This document shows, one piece after another, positions 9,826 to 17,654 of a DNA stretch of 64,000 bases. The position numbers and the translations under genes were made by a program. The stretch is from a virus (taxonomy: Duplodnaviria > Caudoviricetes). Where the stretch lies: IMG/VR virus record IMGVR_UViG_2974629863_000001, positions 70,974-134,973 of that record. One strand, 5' to 3'. How positions within the stretch are numbered: position 1 is the first letter of the stretch; each line of letters starts with the position of its first letter. The notes below the pieces were generated by a model, which saw only the letters and a list, made by a program, of their open reading frames with translations, was not told the DNA's origin and did not search any database.

Positions 9826-10122
9826 ATGAAAACAACAAATAAAGTATACTCAAGTTCATTCGACGCACTAGGTCGATCACCACTAGAAACAGAACAACTA
9901 AAACTACGAGCAGCATTACTCCGAGAAATCAGAGATCACTTCTTAAACGAAGGATTGAATGAGCGAGAATTGGCGGCACTGTTGGATATCTCAATGAAAC
10001 AAGCCAGTGATTTGTACTACGCCAAATTCTCATCATTCACACTCGATGATCTACTAATGTTCATGTACCGTGGAAAACTATACTTCGATGAAATCAAGTT
10101 CTTCAACGGTTTAGGATACTAG
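9826..10122 (+). CDS. XRE-family HTH protein, HigA-like
   Basis: LKLRAALLREI....GLNERELAALLDIS...ASDLYYAKFSSFTLDDL. Confidence 0.65.
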   Translation: MKTTNKVYSSSFDALGRSPLETEQLKLRAALLREIRDHFLNEGLNERELAALLDISMKQASDLYYAKFSSFTLDDLLMFMYRGKLYFDEIKFFNGLGY

Positions 10123-10433
10123 AAAGTATTTCTTATGAAAATGTTAGGTAAGATCAAAAATCCTAAAGTATGCGAGTATGGCTATAGATGCTGCAGAGAA
10201 TATAGTAAAGACAGGGTACCAAATGGCCGGATGAGAGAGAAACGTGCATTCAACTCTGAGATTCAAGATGAACTAGTCGAAGCAGGATACCAACTACAAT
10301 CACTAGACGATTATAGAAAAGACTACTATTCTTCTTGGTTTACTTTAGAAGATCTTGACGATTCTAATTTCATTATAGAAGAAATTCAAGAGATGAAATT
10401 AACATTTAATAATGTAAATTATTATCCAGCCGC

Positions 10434-10462
10434 TTGACAAATCAGAAAAGGTGTGGCAGAAT
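10434..10462 (+). promoter_or_regulatory. SigA-type promoter upstream of the second tRNA cluster
   Basis: TTGACA(10434)-17-CAGAAT(10457) with upstream TG. Confidence 0.5.
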
Positions 10463-10670
10463 GATTGAAACATGGCGCAGGGATGACGGTTGGGAAGTGG
10501 AACTAGAATTAGCGGAAGATGGTAGTTTAATTTCTACAAATCATATTCCAATGGTTAATGCTCCAAGACCTGATCCTCTTACATATCAATATATGTTTTT
10601 TGCACTTTTAGCTCATGGTTATGTGAAAATTTAATAGCAGGTTGGAGTTATCCGTAACGTCCAACTATTC

Positions 10671-10743
10671 GGTGCATTAGCTCAGCTGGTAGAGCAACGT
10701 CCTCTTAAGTCGTGGGTCATTGGTTCAAGTCCAATATGCATCA
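10671..10743 (+). tRNA. trnK: tRNA-Lys(CUU)
   Basis: ggtgcat/atgcatc, acgtc-ctcttaa-gtcgt (U30-U40 mismatch), ttcaagt. Confidence 0.9.
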
Positions 10744-10788
10744 CGTGGCGGGTTTTGATGGTTTCCTGGAGAACAAAATATCATCAAT

Positions 10789-10865
10789 GCGAGTGTAGTG
10801 TTTAACATGGTCTAGCACGTCAGTCTTCCAAACTGAAAGTGTGGGTTCGAATCCCGTCATTCGCT
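10789..10865 (+). tRNA. trnG: tRNA-Gly(UCC)
   Basis: gcgagtg/cattcgc, tcagt-cttccaa-actga, ttcgaat. Confidence 0.9.
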
Positions 10866-10868
10866 CTG

Positions 10869-11067
10869 TCTACTAGGACTCATAATCCTAGTGAGATATA
10901 GGTTAGTCGCTAGTTTTTAATTGATTTGCCGATTGATTAAAGATAACAGACTCATAAGGGACGGCAATCCCTTTAGTCATGTAACATGTAGGGCAGGGTT
11001 CGACTCCTTGTAAAGGTGGGATACTAGACTCATGAGGTCACCTTAGTGTAATGGGCACACTGTTGCA
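10869..11067 (+). ncRNA. Structured tRNA-mimic RNA: CAU anticodon hairpin, kissing hairpins and permuted T-acceptor-D core
   Basis: actagga-ctcataa-tcctagt; loops ttgccg and cggcaa; gcaggg-ttcgact-ccttgt then aggtgg/tcacct then tagtgtaatgggcacac, closed by tgtaaca/tgttgca. Confidence 0.7.
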
Positions 11068-11072
11068 ATTAA

Positions 11073-11146
11073 GCTGAATTAGCTCAGTAGGTTAGAGCGC
11101 TTCACTGATAATGAAGAGGTCCGTAGTTCAAGTCTACGATTCAGCA
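11073..11146 (+). tRNA. trnI: tRNA-Ile(GAU)
   Basis: gctgaat/attcagc, cttca-ctgataa-tgaag. Confidence 0.95.
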
Positions 11147-11185
11147 CCGGCGTCATTATAGAAATATAACAGCACGCCGATCAAA

Positions 11186-11257
11186 GGTCTCTTAGCTCAG
11201 TTGGTAGAGCGTTCGGTTGAAGCCCGTTGCGCGTAGGTTCGATTCCTACAGAGACCA
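11186..11257 (+). tRNA. trnF: tRNA-Phe(GAA), weakened anticodon stem
   Basis: ggtctct/agagacc, ttcgg-ttgaagc-ccgtt, gtagg-ttcgatt-cctac. Confidence 0.85.
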
Positions 11258-11259
11258 CT

Positions 11260-11829
11260 ATGAAAGAACAAATATTAGAGTTAAGATCTAAGGGTTATTC
11301 CTATAAAAAGATAGTAGAAGAGTTAGGCTGTTCTATAGGTACGGTTTCTTATCATTGCGGGGAAGGACAAAAAGAAAAGAAAACAATTAGGTCTAAGTTA
11401 CATAAAGTGGCTAATCCATTAGTATATAAGATTTATAAATTTAAATTAAATAGACCACAAGCAAAAGCTAAAGTTGGAAGAGTAGGAATCAGAGCTAAAG
11501 TTAGAGACTTCCAAAGGAATAGAAGTGAAAACGGATCGTATTCTAGTGGTCGAGATTTTAATTTTACAACAGAAGATCTTTTAAAGTGTTTAGGAGATGA
11601 GCCCTCTTGCTATCTTACTGGAAAAGCGATTGACTTATCAAAACCAGAGACTTATAGTCTAGATCATGTAATTCCAGCTAGTAAAGGCGGAGAAAACATA
11701 TTAGATAATCTAGGGTTAGCCTCCAGAAAAGCAAATATGGCAAAGAGTGATTCCTCTTTAGAAGAATTCATAGAGATGTGCTATGATGTACTGATTCACT
11801 GGGAAATCATTGAAAAGATTGATAATTAA
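11260..11829 (+). CDS. HNH homing endonuclease with N-terminal HTH, inserted in the tRNA cluster
   Basis: ILELRSKGYSYKKI..ELGCS..TVSYH; CYLTG...SLDHVIPASKGG...DNL......N..K; very AT-rich. Confidence 0.85.
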   Translation: MKEQILELRSKGYSYKKIVEELGCSIGTVSYHCGEGQKEKKTIRSKLHKVANPLVYKIYKFKLNRPQAKAKVGRVGIRAKVRDFQRNRSENGSYSSGRDFNFTTEDLLKCLGDEPSCYLTGKAIDLSKPETYSLDHVIPASKGGENILDNLGLASRKANMAKSDSSLEEFIEMCYDVLIHWEIIEKIDN

Positions 11830-11835
11830 ATATTT

Positions 11836-11919
11836 GGTGGGTCTTACATTTGGCGTGTTAAGCTGTCTTGAAAACAGTCAAGGGTGAAACCGATGAGAGT
11901 TCGAATCTCTTGCCCACCG
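11836..11919 (+). tRNA. trnS: tRNA-Ser(UGA), atypical D arm
   Basis: ggtgggt/gcccacc, gctgt-cttgaaa-acagt, long variable arm, ttcgaat, G73. Confidence 0.85.
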
Positions 11920-11921
11920 CT

Positions 11922-12023
11922 TTGAATGTAAGGATTTACCACTCGGGACTTATTGCTTGGGTTATCGAGCTATGGACTTCCGCAATTCTCCAATAAATAA
12001 CAGCAATTGAGGAGAGCATTCAA
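11922..12023 (+). ncRNA. Structured spacer RNA between tRNA-Ser and tRNA-Asn
   Basis: Closing stem ttgaatg/cattcaa; internal gcttgg-gtta-tcgagc; ctcc/ggag. Confidence 0.4.
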
Positions 12024-12027
12024 TTAA

Positions 12028-12100
12028 TCCCGCATAGCTCAATTGGCAGAGCACGGAGCTGTTAACTCCGGGGTTCTTGGTTCGAGTCCAAGTGTGGGAG
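12028..12100 (+). tRNA. trnN: tRNA-Asn(GUU)
   Basis: tcccgca/tgtggga, cggag-ctgttaa-ctccg. Confidence 0.95.
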
Positions 12101-12419
12101 CTTTATACAACAACTATTCGAAAGGCATTATCAATGAGTCGTCGGTACGTAAGATATGAAGTTGATGCAAATTTTAATTTAATTTCAGCTACAGCCACTT
12201 CATTTTCAACTTTTGATGCGGATCTTATCGATCCGAAAGCGCATTACGTATACATCATTCCCTGGTCAGATTCTATTTCAGGCGCTAATCATCTAATATG
12301 GTCTGCAAAAGAAGGATACACTGATATAAAGAATGATCCAAAATTCAGAAAATATGAATTGATTAAAGAAGAGCTAATCGAACAATACGGTTCAATCGAA
12401 AACTAACAAAGGAAATAAA

Positions 12420-14498
12420 ATGCTAGTAGATCTTAAGAGAAACTTCATTACTACTAATGATTCTCGCTCACCCGCAACTGATCAGGAAAAGGTCGCATTT
12501 ATTCTAGAGGCAGCTAATCTAGGATACGCAGTTCCTTTCGAAGCAATTGCCAAGGTTTCAAATGCCAATCTTTTGAATGTTCTTAACAACATGAAGACAT
12601 TTAAGGGTGTCGGTAAGGATTGGACTCCTTTTTACCCTAACTTCCCTCGCCAGGTACAGTTGGCATCGGGTTGGGAACTCTTCTTGAATGCTTTTATTCA
12701 TTACGGCAGTATGGCATTTGGTCGTGATATTCGTCCAGATTACCCAGTGGAGATTCGCCGGAAGCTAGAAGTAGTTTCAGAAGATCTAACTCTACTTACA
12801 CTAGTAGAAGAAGAAGAACTACTTACCTCTGAGATTGAAACCCTTCAGAATAAGGTCTCTCTTTCGGCAGAAGACTTTGTTAGCATCACGAATGCAATTG
12901 TTCAGTATGGAATCAACAAGTCTGTCAAGTTGATTGATGGTTTCAAGTTTGATAACAAGGAAAACTGGATTCAGTCTCTCAAGATTCTAATTGATCTTGA
13001 AGTTCCTGTTTATAAGGTAGAAGCTATTGCTTACAAGGAAGCTAAGACTGCAACAGATCTTTTGCGTGCAATTTTCATGCTGTACTCAGATGAGAATGTT
13101 CACATTGATCTAACTGCTAAGAATAAGAAGGTTTACCTCAAGTCTATTCCGCGTGCTTCTCGTCAACTGATTATCGAGAATATTGATTCATCAGATTACA
13201 ATATGGATGACTTCTTTATTCATCGTAAGCTCTGGAAGATTGTGGATCGTAAGATTCATCCAGGAGATTATTCTAACTTCACGAATGCTCTAAATGCATT
13301 TGATATTGTTCGTGGTACTGTCAAGTACAAGACGTTCAATTCACGTGTAGAGTCTGCCATTGCTTCAGGTAATGCAGCAGATATCGCAAGCCTTCTGAAG
13401 ACTCGTCCTGGTGTCTTTGCCCGTCGTCTAGATCATGCTCTACGATCAGTAGATGCAGATGGACAGAAGACAATTGCAGAGGCTTTTGGTTCTGTGGCAA
13501 CTAAGATCAGCACTCCTGTTCTTATTTCACTCTACAATGGCATTATCAATCGTGACAATACAGCTTCAGTAATTCGCACTAAGTCGGGGCAGACTGCTAA
13601 TGTTACCAATGTTAAGGCATCTATTCATGATGTAATTGTATTTGCCATTGGTGAGATTATTCTCGCAGCTCTTAGTGCAAGTTATGCAGATCGTGATCCT
13701 ATGGGTAAGGTCTATGTTTCGCCGGATCTTAAGAACTTTTCTGCACCACTACAGCAGCGTACTGTTTCTTCAGGTCGTGTATTGCCACGTGGATCACGAG
13801 TTCCGATGGAAATAGAAGGCACTCTACGATTCTTTATTCATTGGTACAATATGGATGAAGCATATGGTCGGGTTGATCTTGATATGGACGCAATCTTTCT
13901 AGATGATAATCTAGTGGTTCAGGATTTCGTTTCATATCATCGTCTACGCAATACATATTCAACTCACTCAGGTGATATCACCAATGCCCCACTTCCAAGC
14001 GGAGCTGCAGAGTTTGTTGATGTTGACGTAGCTAAGGCAAAGCGTCAAGGGGTTCGATACGTATTGATGAATATCAATAGCTTCACTGGTCAGAAGTTTG
14101 ATCAGGTAGAGAACTTTGCTGGTTACATGGTTCGCAATGGTGATCCGCAGGATGGAGAAATCTTCGATCCTAAGACTGTAAAGAGTGCATTTAGTATTTC
14201 ATCTCCTACGGGAAATGCAATGCCAGGTGTATTCGATCTAGAGGCTGGTCTATTTGTTTGGCTGGACACTTCATTGGGCAATGCGGGCGTAGGCTTCAAC
14301 GCTCGCCAGGGTTCGACCGAGCTAGCCGAAACGCTTCGACTCGAGCTTGACAAGCAGTCGCTCACGGTGTACGATGTAATTACAGCCAACGCAAAGGCAC
14401 GCGGAATCCTAGTAGAGAAAGATGATGCAGATGTTATCTACGATCTTGAAACATTAGATATCTACGATTCAAACGGATTCATTAACAAGTTTCTTTAA
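12420..14498 (+). CDS. Large helical-domain + C-terminal TerD-domain protein (candidate Ro/TROVE-like RNA-binding protein)
   Basis: TerD motifs RFFIHW..VDLDMDA, HSGDITNAP, AAEFVDVD, NSFTGQKF; long helical N-terminal region (FYPNFP, TATDLLR, IHPGDY, RPGVFARRLD); ncRNA array immediately downstream. Confidence 0.7.
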   Translation: MLVDLKRNFITTNDSRSPATDQEKVAFILEAANLGYAVPFEAIAKVSNANLLNVLNNMKTFKGVGKDWTPFYPNFPRQVQLASGWELFLNAFIHYGSMAFGRDIRPDYPVEIRRKLEVVSEDLTLLTLVEEEELLTSEIETLQNKVSLSAEDFVSITNAIVQYGINKSVKLIDGFKFDNKENWIQSLKILIDLEVPVYKVEAIAYKEAKTATDLLRAIFMLYSDENVHIDLTAKNKKVYLKSIPRASRQLIIENIDSSDYNMDDFFIHRKLWKIVDRKIHPGDYSNFTNALNAFDIVRGTVKYKTFNSRVESAIASGNAADIASLLKTRPGVFARRLDHALRSVDADGQKTIAEAFGSVATKISTPVLISLYNGIINRDNTASVIRTKSGQTANVTNVKASIHDVIVFAIGEIILAALSASYADRDPMGKVYVSPDLKNFSAPLQQRTVSSGRVLPRGSRVPMEIEGTLRFFIHWYNMDEAYGRVDLDMDAIFLDDNLVVQDFVSYHRLRNTYSTHSGDITNAPLPSGAAEFVDVDVAKAKRQGVRYVLMNINSFTGQKFDQVENFAGYMVRNGDPQDGEIFDPKTVKSAFSISSPTGNAMPGVFDLEAGLFVWLDTSLGNAGVGFNARQGSTELAETLRLELDKQSLTVYDVITANAKARGILVEKDDADVIYDLETLDIYDSNGFINKFL
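14347..14375 (+). promoter_or_regulatory. Intragenic SigA-type promoter facing the ncRNA array
   Basis: TTGACA(14347)-17-TACGAT(14370) in a GC-rich patch near the 3' end of the TerD gene. Confidence 0.6.
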
Positions 14499-14504
14499 GT
14501 AGTA

Positions 14505-14575
14505 ATAGGGATTAAGAATAGTTTACTTCTACTATTAATTGGATAATAAAAAAACTAACTATCCGCTCACCCTAT
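14505..14575 (+). ncRNA. Y-RNA-like repeat unit 1
   Basis: ataggg-ATTAA-gaatagtt-TACTTC-loop-aactatcc-GCTCA-ccctat. Confidence 0.75.
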
Positions 14576-14586
14576 ATCACTTAACA

Positions 14587-14655
14587 AAGAGGCTCAAGTA
14601 TAGGTTACTTCCTTTTTATATGACAAAAAACAAATTACCTATGCGCTCACCTCTT
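14587..14655 (+). ncRNA. Y-RNA-like repeat unit 2
   Basis: aagagg-CTCAA-gtataggt-TACTTC-loop-acctatgc-GCTCA-cctctt. Confidence 0.75.
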
Positions 14656-14665
14656 CTAAATTTCA

Positions 14666-14791
14666 TCAGGATTAAGATTAACTTACTTCGCCTCTTAAGC
14701 GGGTGGGTACGGGTTCGAATCCCGTTGCTAGTGATATCACTGGTATAGCTCAATTGGCAGAGCAACCTTTTTCAGTTAATCGCTCGCCTGG
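14666..14791 (+). ncRNA. Y-RNA-like repeat unit 3 containing a circularly permuted tRNA-Lys(CUU) mimic (YrlA-like)
   Basis: tcagg-ATTAA-gattaact-TACTTC-[cgc-ctcttaa-gcg; acggg-ttcgaat-cccgt; tgctagtg-atat-cactggta; tagctcaattggcagagca]-agttaatc-GCTCG-cctgg. Confidence 0.85.
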
Positions 14792-14799
14792 CAAACTTC

Positions 14800-14862
14800 A
14801 GAAGGCTTAAATATGACTTACTTCTATGAATCGGTCAAATATTAGTCATATGCTCACCTTCT
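14800..14862 (+). ncRNA. Y-RNA-like repeat unit 4
   Basis: agaagg-CTTAA-atatgact-TACTTC-loop-agtcatat-GCTCA-ccttct. Confidence 0.75.
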
Positions 14863-17654
14863 CTTAGCCAACAAGGATATCATTTAATGATAGACAAATA
14901 TTACGTAATTGTAACAAACAAATACACCGCCCACCACCTAGACATCTTCGAAGAATTTTGGGGTGGGTCTTTTTGGTTTAAAGCCAATGCCCAAAGAGCA
15001 GCATTTTTCGTAAGCAATAGTCCTGAAGTCATTCGTGAACAATGGACTGTGATGGTAGAACTCAGACCTAAGAACACTCCACGCAAAACTTTTCCACACC
15101 GATAGGAAACCAATGATTTCGACAGTTAAGTATTGGTCTGTTGAAGACGAAGAGCCGGTAGTAAAAGACATCTATAAAGTGTCACCGATAAACGAATACG
15201 AATATTACATCGAATATACCGACCTAGGAAAACACTGGGTAAGTCTTCTACTTAAAATGCACCAACACTACATTAACTCTGAGATTGATCAATTCGTTGC
15301 CACTTCACAGGCAGTTGAATACGGCAAAAAAGCAGTCATAAAAATTCTACTTGAAAACTATTGGCCGATTGAAAGAATAGTTGAAGAATATAGAGAACCG
15401 GGCTTATATGATTACCAGTTTAAAAACTGGTATGATCTGGCCTGTCCACTACCAGATGATGATCAAGATTGGCTCGGACTCCACCGACGCCAAGATAGAT
15501 TTATTAAGATCGGACAATGATGCACGTCTATTATGCAGAGTGGAATTCAACAGTAAACGAATGGTTCGGATATACCCCGAACATGCCAAGTGTTAAATGT
15601 TTTCATGTTAGTGCTGCAACTGCACTCCAAAATATTAAAACGGTACATGAATGGTACTTAGGAGAACCAGATGTCAACGAACTACTATCTATATAAGAAG
15701 TGCTCTGACGCTTGCCTACATTGCACTGGTGAAATAGAACTTCACATTTGCAAGAACCTAACAATGTTTAGAGCCTACGAAATAGAAGATACTTCGATCA
15801 AGAGCTGGCAAGACTGGATTGCTTACCTAGCAACTCAAGTTTATTTGAATGACGGTCTCATTAAAGATGAGTACGGCAGGATACATTCTCTTGATTATTT
15901 CATTCACAGTGTAAATGAAACCACATTAGAAAGCAGACGAAAGTATTATGACTACAGTGTTGAGCATTTTGGGCCTGATGACTCTTTTTGGCTTGATCCT
16001 CAAGGTTTTGATTTCACCGCGAAAGAGTTTAGCTAGTCTGAAGAAGTGTTTTGGTTTTCGAAATCAAAGCGGTTTGTCTGGCTATACCACTCTAAGAATC
16101 TTCAAAATCAGCTTCTATTTCCACCCTCGCTACTCTTGGGTAGAGCAATGGTCTTGGGAGCGAGGCCGGTGTGAAGAGAGACGTCTACGTTTCCCACTAG
16201 GTAAGAAATACTCTCTAGAGATTTACGGCGAAGGAAAGACTTACTTAGAACTAGTTAATGGTCCAGAGTATCTCAAGGATCTTGACTGGATTCTAGATGA
16301 GTTTGATTCTAGCTTTAATGATCTAGCGACTGCAAGTCTTCGATACCACTTGGATCATTCAATTTGTGATCAATCACGTAATCGTGAGAAGTATGAAGAT
16401 ATTATCGAGCGTCTAGCAGAAAAATCGCCGGAAGTGTGTGGTACCCCTGAGCAAAGAGCTATTTATGACGAACACTACAGTAATGAAACTGTAGAAGAAA
16501 TGTTCGAAAATCTCAATAAGCCTACCCCACCAGCAATCAAAGAAATCTATGCAGACTTTGATAAGCGTGAAAAAGAATATCATGAACGCCAACTGCAGGC
16601 TAGGATTGACTTTGTGAAGGTCATGCCGGGACTTTGGAGCTAATATGATTAATCTGTACTTTGATCTAAAAGATTCCATTCTGCCAGTGAAGGTATCGTT
16701 TGAACATACAGATGGGCTTAGCCTAGAAATTGGCTTAACAGCAGAAATGATTCATGATGCACATCAATGGTTAGAGGAGCAAGGATTATGAGCTGGGAAT
16801 CAGTCTGGGTTGGTAGTATTCCTGAAGAGTCAATTGATAGACGAGTTGATGTTCTAAAATGGGCATTTGGATATCTTGACGGAGACCCTAATTCCATTGA
16901 CGAATATCAATGGCGATATATGGCCGAGCAAACAATTCTGGATAATCCAACTATGATGATTGCAGCTCATGATTTTCCAGCTCCCTTAGAGTGGGAATAT
17001 TCAGTTTATGGCGATCGTTTATATGAAGATCGTGAGCCAATGAAAGATATTATGCTTTCAACTTGGGATTGGAACTTGAAAGCAGTTCAAAAAATGGCAG
17101 AGTATTGGAACGAAAACGAACACACTGAAAATGCCAAAGTATATTGCAGGCTAGCGTCTGACAAAGTAGAGTTTAAGGATGAAAACAATGCCTAATGGTG
17201 ATCTAACTCGACAGAACAAGTCACTACGAACTAAGGTTCTAAATCAGCGAAAAGAAATTAAGACTCTAGTTAAGCGTCTAGAAAATGTAGAAACGCTTAA
17301 CTCAACTGCATATCTTCAGGGGTATGCAAAGGCTCTAGAGCTGATGAATGGTTCTTGCAGTGACTAGGTACATTGTAGAGAGTAATGGCCTGTATGGAGA
17401 TGATTTAGTAGAGTTAATAGAACTTGGCCTAGCATCAAAGATGAATATATCCAGAGAAACTGTTCAGGGTTTAATGTGGTCATGTTGCTATATTTCAGCA
17501 GGCGAATTCGAAGGTATTACTATTAAATACTACGAAAAAGATAAAGTCTATGTAGCCGACGATGGTTGTATGCTTTACTATGGTTCTGGACTAACAGAGC
17601 AGGACGCTTTGCAAGATTTTATAAATGAACGCCGCCAGAGAACTAAGGATGATA

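Noticed and set aside
10869-11067. Two-piece tmRNA or intron-containing tRNA-Met
   Set aside because: No tag reading frame or Ala acceptor identity with CCA, no group I core, and arm order is permuted.
6393-12023. Theta/HDV-like ribozymes after tRNAs
   Set aside because: I could not build the nested double pseudoknot by eye in any trailer; a descriptor search would be needed.
14528-14543. Anticodon-like hairpin (loop CTATTAA) in array unit 1
   Set aside because: It sits at the same position as the Lys loop in unit 3, but the stem is weak, the ATT anticodon is unusual, and units 2 and 4 show no equivalent; too weak to call.
14539-14748. 69-aa ORF across the ncRNA array
   Set aside because: TTG start without RBS; overlaps covarying RNA stems; likely spurious.
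14700-14770. Ordinary tRNA gene or two adjacent tRNA fragments
   Set aside because: T arm precedes D arm and the acceptor strands are joined in a hairpin, so it is permuted rather than canonical.
14505-14862. CRISPR array interpretation of the four-unit repeat
   Set aside because: Units conserve structure rather than sequence, the variable part lies inside each hairpin, lengths vary from 63 to 126 nt, and no cas genes are present.
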